Source: an uncultured Fluviicola sp.
GTDB taxonomy: Bacteria; Bacteroidota; Bacteroidia; Flavobacteriales_D; Crocinitomicaceae
Length of the DNA: 64,000 nt
Assembly: GCA_966248825.1 (NCBI GenBank)
Contig: CBINBC010000015.1
Span: 1-64,000 of the forward strand
Direction of reading: 5' to 3'
Under the pieces are notes generated by a model. It worked only from the letters and a program-made list of their open reading frames with translations. It searched no databases and was not told the DNA's origin. Within the stretch, counting starts at the first letter, position 1. Every line of letters begins with the position of its first letter. This document shows, piece after piece, positions 31,065 through 40,042 of this stretch. A program made the translations under genes and the position numbers.

Positions 31065-31277
31065 TTACTTCGCGTTTCCTAGTAGACCAACTACTACACC
31101 GAAAAGTGCAACACCCTCGATTAACGCTGCTGCGATAATCATAGCTGTTTGAATTTTTCCAGAAGCTTCAGGTTGGCGAGCGATTGCGTCCATTGCTGAA
31201 CCACCGATTTTACCAATTCCTAATCCTGCACCTAAAACTGCAAGACCTGCTCCGATTGCTGCGATACTTCCGTACAT
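31065..31277 (-). CDS. atpE: F0F1 ATP synthase subunit c
   Basis: 70-aa proteolipid with two TM helices, GAGLGIGKIGG and the conserved carboxylate in helix 2 (…AALIEGVALFG…). Confidence 0.9.
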   Translation of the reverse strand: MYGSIAAIGAGLAVLGAGLGIGKIGGSAMDAIARQPEASGKIQTAMIIAAALIEGVALFGVVVGLLGNAK

Positions 31278-31303
31278 GCTATATGTATTTAAAAAATTAC
31301 TAA

Positions 31304-32419
31304 TTAATGATGCGCTTCTTCAACAGCCGCACCGATAAACAACGCTGACAACATACAGAACAGGAATGCCTGTAAGAATGCTACCAACAACTCCAACACC
31401 GAGATAAACAATGCCATCGGAACGGATAATGCTCCCCAAGCTGCACTCTGGTTAATGAAGATAATAGAGATCAATGCCAATACGATGATGTGACCTGCTG
31501 TCATGTTCGCAAACAAACGAACCATCAACGCGAAAGGCTTTGTAAAAATCCCAACGATCTCAATCGGAATCAAAATGATCAATACCGGCCACGGAACTCC
31601 CGGCATAGCAAAAATGTGCCCCCAGTAGTTTCTATTCCCCGAAAACAACGTTACCAACAAAGTTGCAACAGCCAGGAATAAGGTCACCGTGATATTTCCT
31701 GTCAGGTTTGCTCCTCCCGGAAGGAATGGAACCAATCCTAATAAGTTATTAATGAAAATAAAGAAGAAAATTGTCAATAGGTAAGGTACATACTTCTGGT
31801 ACTTATGATGATGAATGTTGGCTTTCGCAATATCATCGCGCACCATTACGATCAACACTTCCAAATACTTAGCCAATCCTTTCGGGGCCACCGGACCGTT
31901 TTTCTTGTAGAAACGAGCCACATTACTCATGATCAACAAGATCAATACAGTTCCCATAAATAAGGAAAGTACATTTTTTGTAATGGAGAAATCGTATGGC
32001 TTTACCGCCCCGTGAACATGTCCGTCTTCGAAAGACAATTCACCGTTTTCCAATTTATAAATTTCTTCGTGAAACATCGCATAACCCGCAGCAGGACCAA
32101 CCCCCTTTACATATGCAACTGCTTTATTTGTTTTATGATCTGTTGAAGAAGCGTGTTCACCGTGGTAAAAATGTTTGGAAGAAAAAGTCTTCAAACCACC
32201 ATCTACTAAAATAATCGGAAGGTAAACCGATACAGAATTATGATGTCCTCCCCATAAGTGCCATTCGTGCGCATCCGAAATGTGATGCATAATCATTTCC
32301 CCTACTTCAAACTCTTCTTCAGGGATTGGCTCTCCCGGATGAAAGGCATTTGCCGGGGTCAAGATGACCATTGCCGCAATTAATGTAAAAAATCGTTTTG
32401 CACTGAAAATTAATGACAT
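31304..32419 (-). CDS. atpB: F0F1 ATP synthase subunit a, with a Bacteroidota-type N-terminal extension
   Basis: Essential Arg context (MVRLFANMTAGH), 371 aa, multiple TM segments. Confidence 0.9.
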   Translation of the reverse strand: MSLIFSAKRFFTLIAAMVILTPANAFHPGEPIPEEEFEVGEMIMHHISDAHEWHLWGGHHNSVSVYLPIILVDGGLKTFSSKHFYHGEHASSTDHKTNKAVAYVKGVGPAAGYAMFHEEIYKLENGELSFEDGHVHGAVKPYDFSITKNVLSLFMGTVLILLIMSNVARFYKKNGPVAPKGLAKYLEVLIVMVRDDIAKANIHHHKYQKYVPYLLTIFFFIFINNLLGLVPFLPGGANLTGNITVTLFLAVATLLVTLFSGNRNYWGHIFAMPGVPWPVLIILIPIEIVGIFTKPFALMVRLFANMTAGHIIVLALISIIFINQSAAWGALSVPMALFISVLELLVAFLQAFLFCMLSALFIGAAVEEAHH

Positions 32420-32457
32420 CGCTTATTAATATTTAGATAAAACCCTAAATTTTGGCG

Positions 32458-32492
32458 CAAAGGTAGTTAATCTTTCAGAAACACCAAGAAAA
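32458..32492 (-). promoter_or_regulatory. Candidate Bacteroidota sigma-A promoter for atpB-G
   Basis: Minus-strand TAccTTTG (-7 consensus TAnnTTTG) at 32458-32465 and a TTG ~19 nt upstream. It lies ~39 nt before the atpB ATG. Consensus matching only. Confidence 0.35.
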
Positions 32493-32599
32493 AATTGCAA
32501 ACAAATGGGATATTTACCACAATCATGGTAAAGATTAGTAGCCCTACTTTTTTCCAAGGCAAAAAAAGTAGCAAAAAATGCCTTTAGGCAATTACACCG

Positions 32600-32745
32600 A
32601 TCAAAAAGGCTACCTTTTCTGACCGCTCGGCGGAAAGGAGGGATCAGGATCCAAAATGCAAATCTAAAGCCGTTTTACAAACACTTTAGATTTGACACTT
32701 TCCGAGAGCGGTTAACCGAAAAGGTAGCCTTCCATTTTCACGAAA
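32600..32745 (-). ncRNA. Candidate structured RNA or regulatory element. A long imperfect stem encloses a second hairpin and a GGATCC-centred mini-palindrome.
   Basis: Outer arms aaaaggctaccttttctgaccgctcggcggaaagg (32604-32637) and cctttccgagagcggttaaccgaaaaggtagcctt (32699-32742). Inner hairpin caaatctaaag-N14-ctttagatttg (32658-32693). No ORF. Function unknown. Confidence 0.4.
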
Positions 32746-32851
32746 ACAATATGGAATAAGGCTTGTGATTTTTCAATTCAACTCAGAATTTCTCCAGCGT
32801 GTAATTGCTATTTTAGCATCTCTTTAAAATCTGAGGAAACTATCAGCTGCT

Positions 32852-33220
32852 TTAGCTTTTTCGGACTTTCAAAAGCATCCAAAGTGCCTGTGTGAAAAGC
32901 ATAACAACGAAGAAGCTCATGAAGTACCAAACGAATTCTTTGAAGGAGTCTTTCCAAACGTATTTAACGATCAGCACAAAAAACAAAACCAGTATCATCT
33001 GAACGGCAGTTCCCAGGATAAAGCGTTGAGCACGCGATTCAGCGGTTGCCTTCGATCCGGACATCATAATTGCTGTACTTGAGAAAAAGATTCCCAGCAA
33101 ACCGATTATTCCGGCAATATGACTTTTTGGTATTTCCCAGTTATGATTCATTCCTATCAGCACCAAATAGGTGGCTGCTATCACAGTTAAACTCAAAAAG
33201 GCTCCCAGGCTTTTACTCAT
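32852..33220 (-). CDS. Small polytopic membrane protein in the atp operon (AtpI-like position)
   Basis: 122 aa with four predicted hydrophobic helices. It sits between the AtpZ-like gene and atpB. Confidence 0.5.
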   Translation of the reverse strand: MSKSLGAFLSLTVIAATYLVLIGMNHNWEIPKSHIAGIIGLLGIFFSSTAIMMSGSKATAESRAQRFILGTAVQMILVLFFVLIVKYVWKDSFKEFVWYFMSFFVVMLFTQALWMLLKVRKS

Positions 33221-33458
33221 TCTCTTTTTCTTTAGACATATTAATCACTTCCTTGATAATAATGTACATAGAAACCACCACTCCGGTCAGGGTACAGATC
33301 AGCGTCCACATGTTTCCTCCCGGATTGAATTTCTTGTCCAGCCAGACACCAAGGAAAGCCGTTGCTACGATCGTTCCGGCCATTTGAAATGCTGCACCGG
33401 TAAACCGTACATAATTCTTAATTTGTTTTTTCGGCTTATTTTCCTGATTTTCTTCCAT
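33213..33458 (-). CDS. AtpZ/AtpI-family small membrane protein (putative F0F1-ATPase-associated subunit)
   Basis: …RFTGAAFQMAGTIVATAFLGVWLDKKF… matches the AtpZ-family signature. The likely start is MEENQENK at 33458 (the track ORF extends to 33527 and overlaps the upstream gene). Confidence 0.55.
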   Translation of the reverse strand: MEENQENKPKKQIKNYVRFTGAAFQMAGTIVATAFLGVWLDKKFNPGGNMWTLICTLTGVVVSMYIIIKEVINMSKEKENE

Positions 33459-33474
33459 GACATTCTTATTTGAA

Positions 33475-36144
33475 TCAATAGTTCTCATCAAAGAACAACT
33501 GGTATTCTTCCAGCTTGTTTGTATCAAATAAGGTAAGCATATTTTTCTCGGAAATGAATAAAATTTTCATTTTTTGCATATCCAGCAGGTGGTTACGCGT
33601 GCGTTTGTAGAACGAAACATAAGAAGCCGCCTCAATATCATCCTTGAATTGTTTCACAAAGATCACATTGTCTTCTTTAAACACTTTTGAAGTCACACTT
33701 AAACGCAGTTTACCGTAATATTCCTTATTAAAGTCTACCACCCGTGTTTTCGCCACCACATTATTGATCTTATCTGTCAGGAAAATCATCACAAACATCG
33801 GTTCACCTTCCTTGTATTCGTAGATACTTTTCTTGGAAAAATCAACCGCTTCGTTTGTAGAATACCCGTTCAGGATAATCTTTTTCATTTCCAGAGCCTT
33901 GTCAGATTCCGGTGTTTTCGGGTAAAGGGCTATCAACGTATCCAAAGTCGGGATAATGGACTTTTTATCTTCTGTCATTTTAGCCTGGGCCATTGCTTTC
34001 AGTAACAAATACTTGCTTCTGTATGGATTATCCTTTTCTTCAGCCAATACTTTGTCTGCTTTGGCTACAACCGGATAATACAATCCTCTTTCGTAACGGT
34101 CCAAATCTGTCAGGTAAGCTTCCTGGGTCAATTTTTCACGTTCTTTCTTCTTCAGGAAGTAATCTGGATCCCGCAGGTAACCCGCATAATCCGAAGTCGG
34201 GTAGTTGATCAGAATGTAATCTTTCTGCTCTACTGCAGCCGGATCTTCCGGGCTGTGCAAACTATAGATCTGGTAAGCCGCCAACAATTTCATGTCGTGG
34301 TTAAAATCCTGGCCCAGCATCGTGCGATACTGCTTTTCAGCAAGTGCTGTTTCACTCAATTGTTCATCGTAAATACCACCGGCATCAAAATACGCATTCA
34401 TCATTCTGTCACGGGAAGCTGTCAAAGCGGAATCAGACAGCGGAAGTTTTGCCACCAGCATCTCCGGTGTTAATGAATCTAATGCAGTTATGTCCGAAGA
34501 TTCGGGTGTATCGGAAATTGCCGTAGAATCTTCCGGATCTACAAAGCTTGCGAACACAATTTTGTCTGATCGGCGCCAATCATCTTCATTGGCACGCTGC
34601 CCCCATTGCTTTCTAAATTCTTCCAATCCTTCAGCTTTCGCTTTTTCGTTGTTCCAATAGAACTTATTCCCGCTTCCGTCAGGTGATTTTTTGCTTTGGA
34701 TTTCCTGTAAAGCTGCCAGACGAATTGCGTCTTGTCTTTTGCGCTCCTCTTCTTCTTTCTTCATCTTATTGATGACACCCTCGGCAAAAGCCAGCTGATC
34801 AGACGGAGAAAGTTTAGCAATACGCTGGATACTATCTTCATAATGAGCAATTTCCAAGGCATTCACCAAACTTTGCAATTTGGACGCCTTATTTTTAATT
34901 CCTTCGTAATTCGGATAAGTCTCCGGAATGACCTTCGCACAACTATCGTAATATTTCTGCGCACTCAAATAATCTTTTTTGGCAAAGCTCATATCTCCCA
35001 GCTTCTCGTAAGCCATCCCTTTTTGGCGGTTATTTGAAGTGGAATAGAATGCAGAACGGGTGTAGTTGGTTTTTGCTCCTTCTTCATTCGATTCCTGTTG
35101 ATCCATTTTACCCAAAGTATAATAGATCTGGTCTTTGAATTCGGCATTCTTGGTATCACGAAGCATTTTCTTCAGGTTCTTGCGTACTTTTTCACCTCCT
35201 GCATTTAATGCATTCTTCAAATTCGCGTTGAAGCTCATTTCATAACCTGCATTATACTTTTTCACCCGGCCGTAATGGTAAGCAGCCTTCCCTCTGTCGC
35301 CGGCATTTTCATACAATTGACCAAGGATGTAATTGATGCGTGCTTTATCGCGGGATTTTTTTGCATATTCCAATGCTTTGGTTAAAGCCTTTATTTCACT
35401 TTCCGGATCCTTTTTCTTTTCTGCAAACATTCCTCTGGTAATAGCCAGATCGTATCTTAATTTCTTAGGGAACGGCGGAACTTCTTTGTCTTTATTTTTC
35501 TTTTTGCTTTTCTTCTTTTTTGATTTCGAAGATTTGGAACTTTTCCCGCCTTTAGGTCCTTTCGAGTCCCCGTTTTCCATGGACTCCTGTGCTTTCTCCA
35601 GGTTGGTAATTGCGTAATTGGCTTCGGTTAATTTACCCTGTGCGATGTAAGTTCTTGCCATCCACATTTGCGCGATGTAGGAAGATTTATCTTCCGAGAA
35701 AAATTTCCTGGTATATTCAAAATTCTTGAACGCCAGGTCATAATCCCTTCTGTAATAATTCGCAATCCCGATTGTAATCCAGTTTTCATCGATCCAACGG
35801 TTGTGTTCTTCTTTTTTGGAAGCCGGCTTTTCCATAGACGGCATCGCGTGGCGCTGGATGACCTTTGTACATTTGGAAATCGCAGTATCAATAGGTGCAT
35901 ACATGTTTTTTACTTCCTCTTCGCTAGGGAGCTGAATGATGGGAAGTACAGAATAGTAATCTTCTTTTTGATTCTCACGATAGGTTTTCATTGCTTCTTC
36001 AAGCAAATCATTCGCGTTGAAGTATCCGTTATAATGAGCTGTGGTACCGTGATAAGCCCTGCTAAGCATGGTGTTCTTCTCAGTAGAACATGCCCATACC
36101 AGGGAAAGGATTCCTATGTAAACAAAAAAATATATTCTCTTCAT
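33475..36144 (-). CDS. Large TPR-repeat lipoprotein with a Lys/Ser-rich low-complexity insert. Possibly SprE/PorW-like (T9SS/gliding-associated); this is tentative.
   Basis: Lipoprotein signal (…LSLVWAC). Multiple TPR-like Y/A/L-periodic segments. K/S-rich stretch KGGKSSKSSKSKKKKSKKKNKDKE. The window is rich in T9SS cargo genes. Confidence 0.4.
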   Translation of the reverse strand: MKRIYFFVYIGILSLVWACSTEKNTMLSRAYHGTTAHYNGYFNANDLLEEAMKTYRENQKEDYYSVLPIIQLPSEEEVKNMYAPIDTAISKCTKVIQRHAMPSMEKPASKKEEHNRWIDENWITIGIANYYRRDYDLAFKNFEYTRKFFSEDKSSYIAQMWMARTYIAQGKLTEANYAITNLEKAQESMENGDSKGPKGGKSSKSSKSKKKKSKKKNKDKEVPPFPKKLRYDLAITRGMFAEKKKDPESEIKALTKALEYAKKSRDKARINYILGQLYENAGDRGKAAYHYGRVKKYNAGYEMSFNANLKNALNAGGEKVRKNLKKMLRDTKNAEFKDQIYYTLGKMDQQESNEEGAKTNYTRSAFYSTSNNRQKGMAYEKLGDMSFAKKDYLSAQKYYDSCAKVIPETYPNYEGIKNKASKLQSLVNALEIAHYEDSIQRIAKLSPSDQLAFAEGVINKMKKEEEERKRQDAIRLAALQEIQSKKSPDGSGNKFYWNNEKAKAEGLEEFRKQWGQRANEDDWRRSDKIVFASFVDPEDSTAISDTPESSDITALDSLTPEMLVAKLPLSDSALTASRDRMMNAYFDAGGIYDEQLSETALAEKQYRTMLGQDFNHDMKLLAAYQIYSLHSPEDPAAVEQKDYILINYPTSDYAGYLRDPDYFLKKKEREKLTQEAYLTDLDRYERGLYYPVVAKADKVLAEEKDNPYRSKYLLLKAMAQAKMTEDKKSIIPTLDTLIALYPKTPESDKALEMKKIILNGYSTNEAVDFSKKSIYEYKEGEPMFVMIFLTDKINNVVAKTRVVDFNKEYYGKLRLSVTSKVFKEDNVIFVKQFKDDIEAASYVSFYKRTRNHLLDMQKMKILFISEKNMLTLFDTNKLEEYQLFFDENY

Positions 36145-36367
36145 TCGAATGAAAAATCTGCGCCGATGTGATTAACGATTAACTAAGAAAAGGCAAATAT
36201 ATTGTTTTGTTTATCAAATCAATTCCAAATCCGGCAATTAGATACTGTATTCTGTTAAAAAAAACGGATTCTGATGTGAGTTTTAGATCTCGATATGCAA
36301 CTCTCACAAAAAGACAGAAAGACATCCATCTATTTAAGCAGTAGCAGCAAGAATACGGATCATTGTA

Positions 36368-37024
36368 TTAAGGCTCTGTATTCACTTCCTTATTACCATA
36401 TTTCTGATGTATCTCCAGTATTTCCTTTGCATCGTTGGCATCAATCCCCAAACTATCAGCGATTTCTTTGGCTCGAAGTACCTGATCAACTGTCAATCCG
36501 GTACTATCGGTTTCATTATGCAATGCATTTTTCAGGAAGATGGTACTTTCTCCGAGCGCCGGAACTGTTTTGGTCGAAACAGCCTTCACCGGTTCGTACA
36601 ACAAGGAAGATTTCTTTGTTTTAGCAGGGAAAAAATTACTTTTCTCATCGTATGATTCTACCAGAACAAGCACCACACTCACAATATAAAGCGATTTGAT
36701 GGTAGCAAACAAAACTCCCAAAAACTTGTTTAGCGGAGAAAGCTGAACGACTTTGATCATCTTTTCGATCATTTTTCCGGCAAAAAAGATCATGGCCCCA
36801 ACAATCAGAAAGGTAAATGTAAATGCGATCACCGGAAGGTATTCCGAATCGATTTCCAGGGATGATTTCAACCAGTTGGCCGTGTAATCTGAAAAATGGA
36901 TCCCGACGTAGATTCCGACTAAAATAGCCAGTAAAGTGAAGAGTTCAATTACGAACCCATGCTTAAATCCTTTGTATGCACCATAAAGGATCGGAATAAG
37001 AATCAGGATATCCAGAAAATTCAT
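36368..37024 (-). CDS. cvpA: CvpA-family membrane protein (colicin V production protein homolog)
   Basis: MNFLDILILIPILYGAYKGFKHGFV… is the typical CvpA N-terminus. Four TM helices plus a soluble C-terminal tail. The track ORF start at 37099 is probably too long. Confidence 0.75.
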   Translation of the reverse strand: MNFLDILILIPILYGAYKGFKHGFVIELFTLLAILVGIYVGIHFSDYTANWLKSSLEIDSEYLPVIAFTFTFLIVGAMIFFAGKMIEKMIKVVQLSPLNKFLGVLFATIKSLYIVSVVLVLVESYDEKSNFFPAKTKKSSLLYEPVKAVSTKTVPALGESTIFLKNALHNETDSTGLTVDQVLRAKEIADSLGIDANDAKEILEIHQKYGNKEVNTEP

Positions 37025-37148
37025 GTCCCAAAAATGGGAAATTCCGGCAGGAAAAAAATAGATGATTCGGAAAGATACAAACGAACCATTGTTAAACAAG
37101 TGGGGGCGCGATTAATCGCGCCCCCACCCTATATTATCTGTTATCAGA

Positions 37149-37859
37149 TCACCCCATATTGGTAAAAATCTGCTGTACGTCATCGTCATCGTCGAATTTG
37201 TCCATCATTTTTTCGATATCCGCCAATTGCTCTTCTGTGAATTCAACCGGTGTTGTCGGGAAACGTTCCAGGTTTGATTTCAACACTGCAATTCCGCGCT
37301 CTTCCAAAGCAGAACCGATTGTTCCGAATGCGGTGTAATCCCCATAAATAAAAATGCGGTCATCTGTTACTTCAATTTCCTCGCATCCCGCATCGATTAA
37401 TTCCAATTCCAGTTCTTCCGGGTCAATTGATCCGGTATTTTCCAATTCGAAAACAGATTTGCGGTTAAACATGAACTCTAACTGTCCGTTCGGAACAACC
37501 CCACCACCGGCTTTATTGAAATAAGATTTCACGTTGGCAACGGTACGTGTCGGATTGTCGGTTGCGCATTCCACATACACCAATACTCCGTGAGGTCCTT
37601 TTCCTTCATAATCCACCTGGGTGAAAGAAGCAACATCTTTTTGAGCTGCTCTTTTAATCGCTGCATCGATATTGTCTTTCGGCATGTTTTCAGCCTTCGC
37701 ATTCTGAATAGCCGTACGCAGCTTCGCATTTGTAGCCGGATCCTGTCCGCCTTCTTTTGCCGCCATCGTGATTGCCTTTCCTAATTTCGGAAATAATTTA
37801 GACATTTTTCCCCAACGCTTTTCTTTAGCTGCTCTGCGATATTCAAATGCTCTTCCCAT
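37149..37859 (-). CDS. yebC: YebC/PmpR-family DNA-binding transcriptional regulator
   Basis: [21 protein letters not shown]… conserved YebC N-terminus, 236 aa. Confidence 0.9.
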   Translation of the reverse strand: MGRAFEYRRAAKEKRWGKMSKLFPKLGKAITMAAKEGGQDPATNAKLRTAIQNAKAENMPKDNIDAAIKRAAQKDVASFTQVDYEGKGPHGVLVYVECATDNPTRTVANVKSYFNKAGGGVVPNGQLEFMFNRKSVFELENTGSIDPEELELELIDAGCEEIEVTDDRIFIYGDYTAFGTIGSALEERGIAVLKSNLERFPTTPVEFTEEQLADIEKMMDKFDDDDDVQQIFTNMG

Positions 37860-38044
37860 TTCTGATGTTTTTATTGTGATCGCAAAAATAATTCTTTAAT
37901 TGAAAATGTAAAATCGAAAAGATAAAAAGAGTCATAAGACAAGACCGTAAGAGTCAGGACTGAAAATTTTGTTTTGTTTTGTCTTGTCGTGACTCTTATC
38001 TCCTTTAGTCTTGACTCCATCTAAAAAGTTAATATCTTTACAAA

Positions 38045-39457
38045 ATGAAAGTCTTAGTGGTAATTTTTGCGATTTTCAGCTTCAATTATTCTGTGCATGG
38101 CCAGGAGAATGCTTTACGCAGGCCACAATTCCAAACAAAGACCAGCCTGGTTTATTATTATTTTTGGGAAGAAAATGAAGACGGGACCATTACCAACGCT
38201 CGAACTTATGCTCCTTTTAGCCTAAACCGTGTGGTGATGATCGATACCACCAAATCCAAGAAGAAATGTACGATCAGTGATACTCTATTCATGCAGCAAG
38301 TATTGAAAATCGGGAGGAACTATATGCATAAAGATCGATTTACCCAAAAATTACACGGCAACAAATTCTTTTTCAATTGTACTTACCCGTCGGAACCGCA
38401 AACAGTTATTTATATCAAACGAAACCAGAAATGGTATAGCTACAACGCCGGTTTGGTGTTGAACTTCCTTTCCCTAGAAAACAAACTTACTTTCAATTCC
38501 TCCGGGGGAAACCTCTCTCTTTTTAACCAAAAGAGCATTGAAATCCGGAATAACACTTACCGGGTTGTTTCTTATTACCTGGCCGATAATACCTCCGGGG
38601 AACGGAAAAACCCCGCTTTTCAACATGTTTTTGCCTTTACCGGAGATGAACTTAGCCAGGAAATCATTCAGAATCAGCATCCGCAGGCAAAACGTTATTT
38701 GATTTTTGTCAATGGTTACCGTGGCCCCAAGTACGATAAGAACGAAAGCAGGAATGAGGTTTATATGAATGACCGAACCAACTACTGGTTTAAAATAGAC
38801 GATCGCTTTATCAAACGCTTAAATCCGGATACCAGCTTTTACCTGGACGGTAGTTTCCCGGTAAGCACTTCAAACCATCATTCAAAGCTGGGTTTCGGGT
38901 GGAGTTTTATCCGTTCGGTCAATTCACGGCTCTCAAACAAAAAGTATAAACGGTTAAACCAGGTTTCGAATCCGGAAGGTTTTGATTACCGATTTTCCCG
39001 CGGAATACTTGTAGGAAAAGCGCTTTTGAACCAGATCCGCAATACTCCTAACAGCTATTTAGTGAAAGATACCATAGATATTGTTTGCCACAGTATGGGG
39101 TACGCATATACACTTGGTTTACTGGAAACATTGAAAGACGAGGTTGTATTTGGCAAATTGTATTTTCTCGCACCTGAAAATGCCGGTTACAAAGGAATGG
39201 ACTGGGATCAGTTTGAAGAAGTCTGGCAGTACGGTTCGAACCTGGGACAAAAAGATGCTGATCCGCTTTGCTACCAGGATGGTGTGGCACCACAGGCTAC
39301 TGTTTGGGGAATTGATAAGCAGCAATCAAATCACGTTGGAAGAATCTGTTCACCCTATAACTGGCCGAATAAGCATTTTGTGCACTCGCACATGGTTTAC
39401 AGCTACGACTGGATTTTTGACCGCATCCAAAAAGGACAGCCGGGATACATTCATTAG
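38045..39457 (+). CDS. Secreted hypothetical protein with a C-terminal alpha/beta-hydrolase (lipase-like GxSxG) region
   Basis: Signal peptide MKVLVVIFAIFSFNYSVHGQ. YLIFVNGYRG followed by the nucleophile-elbow IDIVCHSMGYAYTLGLLE. The N-terminal ~250 aa has no recognisable motif. Confidence 0.55.
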   Translation: MKVLVVIFAIFSFNYSVHGQENALRRPQFQTKTSLVYYYFWEENEDGTITNARTYAPFSLNRVVMIDTTKSKKKCTISDTLFMQQVLKIGRNYMHKDRFTQKLHGNKFFFNCTYPSEPQTVIYIKRNQKWYSYNAGLVLNFLSLENKLTFNSSGGNLSLFNQKSIEIRNNTYRVVSYYLADNTSGERKNPAFQHVFAFTGDELSQEIIQNQHPQAKRYLIFVNGYRGPKYDKNESRNEVYMNDRTNYWFKIDDRFIKRLNPDTSFYLDGSFPVSTSNHHSKLGFGWSFIRSVNSRLSNKKYKRLNQVSNPEGFDYRFSRGILVGKALLNQIRNTPNSYLVKDTIDIVCHSMGYAYTLGLLETLKDEVVFGKLYFLAPENAGYKGMDWDQFEEVWQYGSNLGQKDADPLCYQDGVAPQATVWGIDKQQSNHVGRICSPYNWPNKHFVHSHMVYSYDWIFDRIQKGQPGYIH

Positions 39458-39567
39458 ATTTTAGGACATCCCGATTTTAGGATATTAAGACTTTTTAAGA
39501 TAGTCCTAACATCCTAATGTCTTAATATCCTGATGTCCTTAAGCAGTAAATAAGTAATTTTGTAATT

Positions 39568-39927
39568 ATGGATTACGCATTGGAATTACGTTACCAAAAC
39601 CTCACCAAGCAATTAGAACCGACTTTCGGGCCGGGCATTGACCTTCAGGCAATGCTGTTCTTAATTGGTGTAGAGGAATTGGGCATCGGATATAAATTAT
39701 TTAAAAAGCACGAGAAGACAGATTTAATGCACGTTGCAATCTGCACTTTGCTGGAACCTTACGGATATTACGCTTTCAAAGGGCGGGATACGGACAATTG
39801 GCCGCATTTTGAATTCCTGAAGGAACTTCCTCCTTTGAACGAAGAAGAACAGCAGGCTTTTATGAAAGAAGCCATTTTGGAATACTTCGAACATCATGGC
39901 TATTCTACCAAACATGTACAACCTTAA
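39568..39927 (+). CDS. Hypothetical small cytoplasmic protein (119 aa)
   Basis: The ORF has protein-like amino-acid composition and is flanked on both sides by compound dyad-symmetry elements. No motif recognised. Confidence 0.45.
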   Translation: MDYALELRYQNLTKQLEPTFGPGIDLQAMLFLIGVEELGIGYKLFKKHEKTDLMHVAICTLLEPYGYYAFKGRDTDNWPHFEFLKELPPLNEEEQQAFMKEAILEYFEHHGYSTKHVQP

Positions 39928-40015
39928 TTTAGTGAATAGGCATTGGTGAATAGGCAATCGTTAAATAATCATCGGAAACCAATCACTATTGCCTAATGCC
40001 TAATCACTTATTAAC

Positions 40016-40023
40016 TATATTTG
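40016..40023 (+). promoter_or_regulatory. Candidate -7 promoter element (TATATTTG) for rseP
   Basis: Perfect TAnnTTTG match 19 nt upstream of the rseP ATG. It directly abuts the dyad element at 39931-40010. Confidence 0.35.
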
Positions 40024-40042
40024 TCCACTTTAAATAAAAACT

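Noticed and set aside
35470-35545. Lys/Ser-rich repetitive nucleotide tract (aaga/aaaa repeats)
   Set aside because: It encodes the in-frame low-complexity linker KSSKSSKSKKKKSKKKNKDKE of the TPR lipoprotein. It is not an independent repeat element or CRISPR-like array.
35668-36171. 167-aa plus-strand ORF and several 80-110-aa ORFs antisense to large genes (e.g. 48477..48875, 36295..36624, 13714..14064)
   Set aside because: All are embedded antisense within well-supported long genes (TPR lipoprotein, queG, cvpA, Gly-rich protein) and lack any motif. They are typical shadow ORFs.
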